Assembly (NCBI RefSeq): GCF_001306055.1
Contig: NZ_LGHJ01000006.1
Span: 90,001-122,000, forward strand
From: Bellilinea caldifistulae
Lineage (GTDB): Bacteria > Chloroflexota > Anaerolineae > Anaerolineales > Anaerolineaceae
DNA: 32,000 nucleotides
Direction: 5' to 3'
The notes under the pieces were generated by a model that saw only the letters and a program-made list of their open reading frames with translations, had not been told where the DNA came from and did not search any database. The number at the start of each line of letters is the position of its first letter. Within the stretch, counting starts at the first letter, position 1. Made by a program: the position numbers and the translations under genes. Positions 19,368-26,172 of the stretch are shown here, piece after piece.

Positions 19368-20582
19368 ATGCCAAAAACCGTTGTGCTGGTTGGGGCGCTG
19401 GATACGAAAGGCAAGGAATTTGCCTTCGTGCGCGATTTAATTGCCGCGCAGGGACTGCAAACGCTGGTGGTGGATTTTGGCGTGATCGGCGAACCGGCCT
19501 TTGCGCCGGATATTCCGCGCAGTGAAGTGGCGGCAGCCGGGGGCGGCGATCTGGCGGTGCTGGCGGACGGCAAGCACAAAGACGAGGCCATGCGCGTCAT
19601 GGCAGCCGGGCTGGCGAAGGTGGTGCGCAAACTCTACGACGAAGGCAAACTGGACGGCATTCTCGGCATGGGCGGTTCGGGCGGCACTTCGATTGCCACG
19701 GCAGCGATGCGCACGCTGCCGGTGGGTGTGCCAAAGGTGATGGTTTCAACCGTCGCCGGCGGGGATGTTTCGGCATATGCCGGCACGAAGGATATCACTT
19801 TCATGCCCTCGATTGTGGATGTAGCCGGCATCAACAGCATCAGCCGGGTGATTTACACCAACGCCGCCGGGGCAATCAGCGGCATGGTCAAGATGGAAGC
19901 CCCCGCCGCCAAAGCCGACAAACCCCTGATTGTGGCTTCCATGTTCGGCAATACCACCCAGGCGGTAGATCATGCCCGTTCGATACTGGAAAATGCCGGT
20001 TATGAGGTGCTGGTCTTTCACGCCACCGGCACCGGCGGACGGACGATGGAAAGCCTGATCAGCGATGGTTATATCACCGCGTGCCTCGACATCACCACCA
20101 CCGAGCTGGCCGATGAGGTGTGCGGCGGGGTGCTGAGCGCAGGCCCGGAACGCTGCCTGGCGGCAGCCCGCAAGGGCATTCCTACCGTGCTGGTGCCGGG
20201 GTGCGTGGACATGGCCAACTTCTGGGGCATCGAAACCGTGCCGGAAAAGTACAAAGGCCGCAAATTGTACCAGTGGAACCCGAATGTGACTCTGCTGCGC
20301 ACCAATGTGGAAGAAAACATCAAAATTGGCGAGATGCTGGCGCGGGCAGCCAACGAATCCACCGGGCCAGTGGCAGTTCTCATTCCCCTCAAGGGCGTTT
20401 CAATGCTCGACAGTCCCGGCGGGGATTTTTGGGACGAAGAAGCCGACCGGGCTTGCTTTGAAACCATTCGCAAAAATCTCAAACCGGGTATCCCGTATAT
20501 TGAGATAGACGCCAATATCAACGATCCGGAATTTTCCGGCAGGGTTGCCGAAACCCTGTTGGAGATGTTGAAAAAATCTTAA
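19368..20582 (+). CDS. UPF0261 family protein (Tm-1 N-terminal-like, nucleotide-binding)
   Basis: 404 aa. The N-terminus VVLVGALDTKGKEFAFVRDLI is characteristic of UPF0261. The RBS is strong. Confidence 0.8.
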   Translation: MPKTVVLVGALDTKGKEFAFVRDLIAAQGLQTLVVDFGVIGEPAFAPDIPRSEVAAAGGGDLAVLADGKHKDEAMRVMAAGLAKVVRKLYDEGKLDGILGMGGSGGTSIATAAMRTLPVGVPKVMVSTVAGGDVSAYAGTKDITFMPSIVDVAGINSISRVIYTNAAGAISGMVKMEAPAAKADKPLIVASMFGNTTQAVDHARSILENAGYEVLVFHATGTGGRTMESLISDGYITACLDITTTELADEVCGGVLSAGPERCLAAARKGIPTVLVPGCVDMANFWGIETVPEKYKGRKLYQWNPNVTLLRTNVEENIKIGEMLARAANESTGPVAVLIPLKGVSMLDSPGGDFWDEEADRACFETIRKNLKPGIPYIEIDANINDPEFSGRVAETLLEMLKKS

Positions 20583-20597
20583 GTCAAGGAGGGAAGC

Positions 20598-21428
20598 ATG
20601 GCATTCACCCGTCAGGAAATTTTAAACCGTTTGCAGGCGCAGGTTGCCGCCGGGCGCGCCATTGTCGGCGCGGGAGCCGGCACCGGGATTTCAGCCAAAT
20701 TTGCCGAAGCCGGTGGGGCCGACATCATCATCATTTACAATTCGGGACGCTACCGCATGGCCGGGCGTGGCTCGCTGGCTGGCCTGCTGCCCTACGGCGA
20801 CGCCAACCAGATTGTGGTGGAGATGGCCAGCGAAGTGCTGCCGGTGGTCAAGAATACACCGGTGCTGGCCGGGGTGTGCGGCACCGACCCGTTCCGGCTG
20901 ATGCCGGTCTTTCTCAAGCAGCTGCGCGAAATTGGCTTTTCGGGCGTGCAGAACTTTCCGACCGTCGGGTTGATTGACGGCAACTTCCGCGCTAACCTGG
21001 AAGCCACCGGCATGGGCTATGACAAAGAAGTCGAGATGATTCGGCTGGCGCACGAGATGGATTTGTTCACCTCGCCCTACGTGTTCGATGCCGATCAAGC
21101 GCGCGAGATGGCACGGGTCGGCGCGGATGTGCTGGTAGCGCATGTCGGGCTGACGACTTCCGGCAGTATTGGCGCCGGGGTGGCGATGACGCTTGACGAA
21201 GCGATAGACAAGGTGCTGGAGATTGCCGAAGCCGGCAAGCAGGTGCGCAAGGACATTCTGGTCATCTGCCACGGTGGGCCGTTTGACGAACCCGATCAGG
21301 TCGGCAAGGCACTGGCGCGCATGCCGGGCATTGTCGGCTTCTTTGGGGCGTCCAGCATCGAGCGTCTGCCCACCGAACGCGCCATTCGAGCGCAGGTGGA
21401 GGCGTTCAAGAATATCCGGCTGGCGTAG
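20598..21428 (+). CDS. PEP-hydrolase-like TIM-barrel protein (Tm-1 C-terminal-like), partner of UPF0261
   Basis: 276 aa with the RBS AAGGAGGG. Recalled family blocks: [33 protein letters not shown] and [10 protein letters not shown]. Confidence 0.75.
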   Translation: MAFTRQEILNRLQAQVAAGRAIVGAGAGTGISAKFAEAGGADIIIIYNSGRYRMAGRGSLAGLLPYGDANQIVVEMASEVLPVVKNTPVLAGVCGTDPFRLMPVFLKQLREIGFSGVQNFPTVGLIDGNFRANLEATGMGYDKEVEMIRLAHEMDLFTSPYVFDADQAREMARVGADVLVAHVGLTTSGSIGAGVAMTLDEAIDKVLEIAEAGKQVRKDILVICHGGPFDEPDQVGKALARMPGIVGFFGASSIERLPTERAIRAQVEAFKNIRLA

Positions 21429-21448
21429 ATCTCTATCCCGAAGATTAG

Positions 21449-21484
21449 ACTGGCGGGTATTGAGCCCGCCAGTTTTGTTTTTTG
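21449..21484 (+). terminator. Rho-independent terminator of the UPF0261/PEP-hydrolase-like operon
   Basis: Stem ACTGGCGGG / CCCGCCAGT with a 7-nt loop, followed by TTTTGTTTTTT. Confidence 0.8.
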
Positions 21485-21489
21485 ATTCC

Positions 21490-21783
21490 ATATCACCGCC
21501 CATTTGCTCGCCGCCTTTTAGGAGGCTTTTTCTCACCAGTCAGCCCCATACCTCACCAGGAAATTGGAGTTTCACTATACGCCTGAACACAACTGAAGTC
21601 GAAATCTCTGTTCTGACTGAACAATGCTTGGATCGCAGGTTGGGTAGCCAAGCAATGGTAGCAAGCCAAATCGGCGCTTGGGAAGCTGAACGGAACGCCG
21701 CCCGGCAACCAATGATTGACGTTTCACCATCCCGAATGCCAGGGATAAACTCAAAAAATTGTACCCGGTGAAAGAAGAACAAT
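21490..21783 (+). pseudogene. Degraded 3' fragment of an IS630-family transposase
   Basis: Translation across several frames gives (stop)EAF...KLEFHYTPEHN / EVEISVLTEQCLDRRLGSQ...AWEAERNAA / RFTIPNARDKLKKLYP. This matches the conserved C-terminal IS630 blocks (LEFHYTPKHGSWLNMAEIE...QCL.RR...W...RN...F....AR.KL..LY). It carries a stop, frameshifts and a deletion. Confidence 0.7.
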
Positions 21784-21796
21784 GATTGACCCGGCT

Positions 21797-21864
21797 CCCC
21801 GACGTTTGACTCACCTGCGCCGCGAAGCACAGCGAGGCGGTGTCAGGGGAAGCGCATGTTGGGC
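21797..21864 (-). repeat. attC site (terminal, most degenerate) of the ble-like/gyrI-like cassette
   Basis: On the - strand it reads GCCCAAC ... GTCGGGG. The internal sequence is homologous to the other attCs (cacctgcgcc...gcacagcgaggcgg...gtcagggg). Confidence 0.6.
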
Positions 21865-21880
21865 GGCGTTCTTTCAGGAA

Positions 21881-22225
21881 TTAATCATCTTCAAAGAAAA
21901 AGAGCCCGTTTCCATCCATATCAAGCGCGACAAACTCTTTCCTGCCCCAAGACTTTTCTTCTAAAGCCCCGTTTGGATGGATAACCTCTGCTTGCTGGTA
22001 CTCCTTATACAACACTTCAATATTGTCTACCGCTATCCTGCAAGCAGTGTTTTCGGCGATATTCTTATCCTGACATTCCCATAAATGAATTTCCACCGAG
22101 TCACGCTTCACGGCAGCATAATCGCCATAGTTGAAAAGCTCCACAAAGCCAAATTTGCTCTTATAAAATTCGACCGAAGCCTTTACATTAGCAGCAGGGA
22201 ATTTAGGGACAACATATTTAAACAT
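21881..22225 (-). CDS. Bleomycin-binding-protein-like glyoxalase/VOC superfamily protein
   Basis: 114 aa. The pattern FYKSKFGF..., GDYAAVKRDSVEIHLWE..., SWGRKEFVALDMDGNGLFFFEDD parallels Ble/BLMA proteins (recalled: ...PWGREFALRDPAGNCVHFV). The RBS AGGAG lies 5 nt before the ATG. Confidence 0.7.
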   Translation of the reverse strand: MFKYVVPKFPAANVKASVEFYKSKFGFVELFNYGDYAAVKRDSVEIHLWECQDKNIAENTACRIAVDNIEVLYKEYQQAEVIHPNGALEEKSWGRKEFVALDMDGNGLFFFEDD

Positions 22226-22248
22226 AGTCTGCTCCTATCTATGAACGC

Positions 22249-22719
22249 CTACAAAATCGGAACACAAAAGTCCATAGTATGCTCGTAGTAGACCTCATAA
22301 CTGGGACGTTGCGGGTCTACAATCAGTTGATGTTGTGGCACATACTCCGCAAAGAAACGCCCGATAGTCTCTCCTATCGTATTTGAGTCTTTCTCAAGTG
22401 ATAGGATTGCATAACGCCCACCTGGTAGTTCTTTTGTTTGGACACCTTCGGTGTCTCGGGAAATGGACTCAGGAAGTTCTAGTGCGCACTCATAACCAAC
22501 TAATTGAGCGCCGTTGGTGCGTGGGATGCCAATTACCTTTAGGGTTGAAGGGTCGAAGCCGCACCGTTGAGCCCAGTCTTTTATATGTTGAAAACCATCC
22601 CGAATTTGTTCGTTATAACTACCCGTCGCTTGTTGTAGTTGGCAAGACACATAGACGATAAAGGCAGGTGTCAAATCTTGTATAGTAACGTGTAATGGTT
22701 GTTCAGTAAAAGTGTTCAT
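22249..22719 (-). CDS. GyrI-like small-molecule-binding domain protein
   Basis: 156 aa starting at MNTFTEQPLHV, with the RBS GGGAGA. ELPGGRYAILSLEKDSNTIGETIGRFFAEYVP ... YEVYY is the typical GyrI-like (SbmC/AraC effector-domain) pattern. The longer ORF start at 23013 reads through the attC and is rejected. Confidence 0.7.
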   Translation of the reverse strand: MNTFTEQPLHVTIQDLTPAFIVYVSCQLQQATGSYNEQIRDGFQHIKDWAQRCGFDPSTLKVIGIPRTNGAQLVGYECALELPESISRDTEGVQTKELPGGRYAILSLEKDSNTIGETIGRFFAEYVPQHQLIVDPQRPSYEVYYEHTMDFCVPIL

Positions 22720-22784
22720 AAAAAGTCTCCCATGCTGAAATTGTGAACGACAAAGCGTGTTGGTGTGGTGGAACGGATTAAGCC

Positions 22785-22853
22785 GCCCAACGAGCGGCGC
22801 ATCACCTGTGGCGAGCCGCGCAGCGGAGCGTCCGCTGCAAACGGTTGTTAGGC
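22785..22853 (-). repeat. attC site of the DHFR-like cassette
   Basis: On the - strand it reads GCCTAAC ... GTTGGGC, with complementary ends. The central gcgcagcggagcg block is shared with the other attCs. It begins 6 nt after the cassette stop codon. Confidence 0.65.
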
Positions 22854-22858
22854 CGCCC

Positions 22859-23497
22859 TCACCGACGCACATAGCGCAAGTGTGTGGCGGCTGGACTATC
22901 AAGAACCCTGTCAATGCGAAACTGCGGCAACGGCTCGCGCAGGTTTTCGAAGAGACGCCGCCCGCCACCGAACAACACGGGGGCCAGGGCGATTTCCAGC
23001 TCGTCAACGACACCCAGGTTCAGGTACTGCTGGATCACATCCGCTCCACCCGCGATACGAATATCACGACTGCCTGCGGATTCCCGAGCCAACTCTAGGG
23101 CACGCTCTGGCCCGTCATTGATGAAATAAAAGGTCGTTCCACCAGGGCGTACCCAGGGATTCCGATTCTCGTGAGTAAGAACGTATACCGGCGTGTGAAA
23201 CGGAGCCTCCTCTGGCCAACCACGCTCGCCACCGTCGAACATTCGCTTGCCCATGATGTTGGCTCCGATACGCTCCGTGGTGGTGCGAAGCAATTCATTG
23301 ACTGGGCCGGTCTCTCCACCTGGTCCAAGCTTGAGATTCTCGCGGAAGTACTGTTGATTAAATATCCAGCCCATCAGCGCACCCCACTTGGCGCCCCAGT
23401 CCTTGTAGTCTGGGTTGTCCCAGTTCTCCATGGTCATTCCTTCCGGTGCGATGTAGCCATCGAGACTAAGGCTAATGTTGACGAATACTTTGCTCAT
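22859..23497 (-). CDS. Dihydrofolate reductase-like (RibD C-terminal domain family) protein
   Basis: 212 aa. VFVNISLSLDGYIA ... IMGKRMF ... PVYVLTH ... IRIAGGADVIQQYLNLGVVDELEIALAPVLFGGGRRLF is the RibD_C/YwjB-type pattern. The RBS is GGGAGA. Confidence 0.8.
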   Translation of the reverse strand: MSKVFVNISLSLDGYIAPEGMTMENWDNPDYKDWGAKWGALMGWIFNQQYFRENLKLGPGGETGPVNELLRTTTERIGANIMGKRMFDGGERGWPEEAPFHTPVYVLTHENRNPWVRPGGTTFYFINDGPERALELARESAGSRDIRIAGGADVIQQYLNLGVVDELEIALAPVLFGGGRRLFENLREPLPQFRIDRVLDSPAATHLRYVRR

Positions 23498-23525
23498 GAT
23501 TCTCCCTTCGCGTGTTCGGATGTCA

Positions 23526-23602
<77 letters not shown>

Positions 23603-23629
23603 AACCCGTGGTTCTTTGAAATAAGCCTT

Positions 23630-24193
23630 TCAAACAATCCTTTCCATTTCCATCTGATCTTGACGATCAGGACGAATCCAGAATAAAGCAATGTTGGCTT
23701 CTCTACATAATTCAGCCAATATATCTCGTCGAATTCTACCATTCCACTTGCCACTCAGATAGCCACTGCTTTGTGACGTAAATACGAAATCAGCAATAAC
23801 TTCGGCTCGCCCGTCCTGCAAAATGCCTGAAATTTGTTTCAATGATTCTATGTCTTCCGACAAAACGCTTTTAAAGCGACGCCTATGTTGTTGAGGTGAG
23901 TGCCCCCAGCGCTGGAAGGCTTTTATCTGAACAACAAGTACAGGCTGGACACACCCCGGGGTGGTATTGGCTTGGCCTATGACAAGATCAAACTTGCGCT
24001 CTCCCCGAGAAACTCCGCAGAGACGGGTTTCGCTGTAAATTTCTGAAAGCGGACATCCATTTTCGAGAAGCCGATAGTAAAGATAAGCCGCTACGTCTGC
24101 TTCCAGCAAAGGAAAGAACTTCTTCTGATTGAAAGCATCACACAAGTCTTGTAAAGACCTTTGGAGTAAATCAAAAGCACTCTTAGTATCCAA
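23630..24193 (-). CDS. Uncharacterised 187-aa cassette protein with a PD-(D/E)xK / Mrr-catalytic-like signature (E31 ... D69 ... Q89-I-K91)
   Basis: TTG start at 24193 with GGAGA 9 nt upstream; there is no upstream ATG or GTG in frame. LLEADVAAYLYYRLLENG ... RKFDLVIG ... VLVVQIKAFQRW parallels the neighbouring Mrr-like protein (FERLIQRFLRESGF ... GGIDGRG ... VIFQCKRWQ). Confidence 0.55.
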   Translation of the reverse strand: MDTKSAFDLLQRSLQDLCDAFNQKKFFPLLEADVAAYLYYRLLENGCPLSEIYSETRLCGVSRGERKFDLVIGQANTTPGCVQPVLVVQIKAFQRWGHSPQQHRRRFKSVLSEDIESLKQISGILQDGRAEVIADFVFTSQSSGYLSGKWNGRIRRDILAELCREANIALFWIRPDRQDQMEMERIV

Positions 24194-24225
24194 CTCTAAT
24201 GCTCTCCATTGTTCATGAAAGGGCT

Positions 24226-24297
24226 GGCTAACGGTTTGCGCTTCACCTGCGCCGTGAAGCGCAGCGGAGCGGCGTCAGGTGGAAGCGCGTGTTAGCC
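24226..24297 (-). repeat. attC site of the DpnI-like cassette (best preserved)
   Basis: On the - strand it reads GGCTAAC acgcgcttcCacctgAcgcc ... ggcgcaggtgaagcgc aaacc GTTAGCC. The R boxes are perfectly complementary and the arms pair with two extrahelical bases. It begins 3 nt after the stop codon. Confidence 0.8.
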
Positions 24298-24300
24298 CGC

Positions 24301-25083
24301 CTATTGCATAGATCGGTAAATTTTACGATATACACCTGGCTTGATAAACTGTATCAAGCCCAAGTCTCTGATAATTTGAAGTTGTTGCCTAATCTTGGCT
24401 CGTATGTTTTGGTTAGCGGGATAGGATTTAGCCAATTCTTTCTCATAAGCGTACACTTGTTGAAGTGTGAACTGTTGGGGTAGTGATTCTACTATCCGTA
24501 GGACGAGAGCAACCCATCCCCTTTGGTCCAAGGTTAGCGTTGACACAGAATGAGCAGTCTGCCATTGCAACCTGACTATTGTTGGTGGGCTTGCTGAACC
24601 ATTTTGCACCACATCTACAAATGCAGTACATGGTATAGATTCAAGTGCCAATAAGCACCCTTGCCAACCCGCGCGTCGCGCTTGTGGACCTAAAGGGCGA
24701 CGAGGAATGATGCTTTGTTCAGTTATCCACGACCGATGAAGTATTCTAACCTGTTGAACAGATAGGTTCTTGAGATCATATTGTAGGAGGATCAGGGAAG
24801 GATGCCTTCCATTCTTAATTGCTTGGATTGTGGTATTGTATTCTGCCCCTAGTATCTTCTTCCCAAAAGGTTTTGATTGGCTTTTAAGTTGATAGGTTTC
24901 CCCACAAGACTGACACTGAAAATCAGATGTGCGTGAGTTCGCCGGCAAAAGAGACAATGTCCCGCCACAAGAAGGACATTCAAGATTGTCGGATGCCCAC
25001 GCTTCCGTAAGAATACGCGCTTTCTGCGACGCACTCTTGTAACCTTGTATTTTACTAAGATATCTTGAAAAACCAATATCCAT
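24301..25083 (-). CDS. DpnI-family methyl-directed (G-m6A-TC type) restriction endonuclease homologue
   Basis: 260 aa. YKSASQKARILTEAW...CPSCGG...DFQCQSCGETYQLKS, IIPRRPLGPQARRAGWQGC and the C-terminal IRAKIRQQLQIIRDLGLIQF..GVYRKI closely parallel the DpnI sequence as I recall it (YKSNSQKARILTEDW, IIQRKPLAPTARRAGWIGC, IKEKIRQQLQILRDKEIIEF). Confidence 0.85.
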   Translation of the reverse strand: MDIGFSRYLSKIQGYKSASQKARILTEAWASDNLECPSCGGTLSLLPANSRTSDFQCQSCGETYQLKSQSKPFGKKILGAEYNTTIQAIKNGRHPSLILLQYDLKNLSVQQVRILHRSWITEQSIIPRRPLGPQARRAGWQGCLLALESIPCTAFVDVVQNGSASPPTIVRLQWQTAHSVSTLTLDQRGWVALVLRIVESLPQQFTLQQVYAYEKELAKSYPANQNIRAKIRQQLQIIRDLGLIQFIKPGVYRKIYRSMQ

Positions 25084-25101
25084 AATAACATCTCAAGAGC
25101 A

Positions 25102-25118
25102 GGCTAACGGTGTTAGCC
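25102..25118 (-). repeat. Collapsed attC remnant (R boxes only: GGCTAAC-ggt-GTTAGCC) between the Mrr-like and DpnI-like ORFs
   Basis: The ends and flank (GTTAGCCCGC) are the same as in attC 24226-24297, but the ~50-bp internal stem-loop is missing. Confidence 0.6.
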
Positions 25119-25125
25119 CGCTTTT

Positions 25126-25974
25126 TTATAGCGAAGCAAACCAATTTTTATCAACCGACACCTTTTCAACCTGGATTTTTTCGGTTTTTACGCCTAAAGC
25201 CAACTCTCGCAATTTTTCAACCAACTGATCGCCATCTATCAAATCAATTGCAGGTGCGCCATCACGGGTGGCTTCCCATACGGCATCTTTGGTAAATGTT
25301 CCCGTTGTAACCAGTAAACCTTTATCGGCTCGTCCAACCATTGCGCCACGAAAATCTCTTACTTGATTTGCCCTTACTGCGCCTTGCCAGCGTTTACACT
25401 GAAAAATTACATGAAAACTCAATAAACCACCCAAGCGCATAATACCACGACCATCTATACCCCCATCTCCACTGCGCCCTGTAACTTCAACTTGAATAAA
25501 ACCAGATTCTCGTAAAAATCGTTGTATCAGTCTTTCAAAGGCATCTGGCTCCATTTTCATCAGCGTTTCGAGCAACTCTTCTTGCCAAGTGAGCGTTTTG
25601 CTTTCTTCGTCAACTTCAGTGGCTTCTAAACGTTCTGCCCGTAATTGCCCTCGCACTACTCTGACAACTTCCTTTTCATTTACATCTGTCAGGTTTCTGC
25701 CTTCAGGAGTTAATGCCCAAACACCACGACTAGAATTTTCAAGAATCCCGTACCTTTTCAAATAACTGCGTGTCCATGCTAACCGATATTCAAATTCAGT
25801 TTGTCCACCACGTTTTGAATCGTGCAAAATATCCAACTGCTCATCTTGCAAGCCTAAAATTTCTGCAACCTTACTGTTGATTTCTTCAACTGTTCCCGAT
25901 CCACCCAATTTTTTCATCGCTCGGAGTAGGGGATTCATCATTTCGTCATAGGTAGGAATATTGTTCTTTGACAT
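25126..25974 (-). CDS. mrr: Mrr-like type IV (modification-dependent) restriction endonuclease
   Basis: 282 aa. The N-terminal Mrr_N-type winged helix is IPTYDEMMNPLLRAMKKLGGSGTVEEINSKVAE. The C-terminal Mrr catalytic block is FERLIQRFLRESGF...GDGGIDGRG...FQCKRW...VRDFRGAM. Confidence 0.85.
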   Translation of the reverse strand: MSKNNIPTYDEMMNPLLRAMKKLGGSGTVEEINSKVAEILGLQDEQLDILHDSKRGGQTEFEYRLAWTRSYLKRYGILENSSRGVWALTPEGRNLTDVNEKEVVRVVRGQLRAERLEATEVDEESKTLTWQEELLETLMKMEPDAFERLIQRFLRESGFIQVEVTGRSGDGGIDGRGIMRLGGLLSFHVIFQCKRWQGAVRANQVRDFRGAMVGRADKGLLVTTGTFTKDAVWEATRDGAPAIDLIDGDQLVEKLRELALGVKTEKIQVEKVSVDKNWFASL

Positions 25975-26006
25975 TGTTGACCTTTGAAACGATTACACAA
26001 TGGGCG

Positions 26007-26013
26007 GACTAAC
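26007..26013 (-). other. Probable attI/first-cassette recombination junction (GTTAGTC on the - strand)
   Basis: A GTTRRRY-type core lies 32 nt upstream of the first cassette ATG, at the edge of the AT-rich intI-proximal spacer. Confidence 0.4.
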
Positions 26014-26136
26014 GATTATATTATACAGACTTCTGATACACTGCATTTTTGCCGTATATCTAGACCAATGAAGTGGGTTATACCGCGATTATGCCTGGTT
26101 ATCTAAGACCCTCCGATTAGAATTATTACTAAATAG

Positions 26137-26164
26137 ATTATATTAAACTAGGGAAAAATTTCAA
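26137..26164 (-). promoter_or_regulatory. Near-consensus sigma70-type promoter TTGAAA-N16-TATAAT directed into the cassette array (candidate Pc)
   Basis: On the - strand the sequence reads cagTTGAAAtttttccctagtttaaTATAATc. It sits 9 nt upstream of, and divergent from, the intI remnant ATG at 26173. Confidence 0.55.
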
Positions 26165-26172
26165 CTGTTTTT

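Noticed and set aside
22720-23013. N-terminal extension of the GyrI-like ORF (254-aa version starting at 23013).
   Set aside because: The extension reads straight through the attC at 22785-22853 and into the DHFR-like gene on the same strand. The internal ATG at 22719 has an RBS (GGGAGA) and yields a normal-sized GyrI-like domain.
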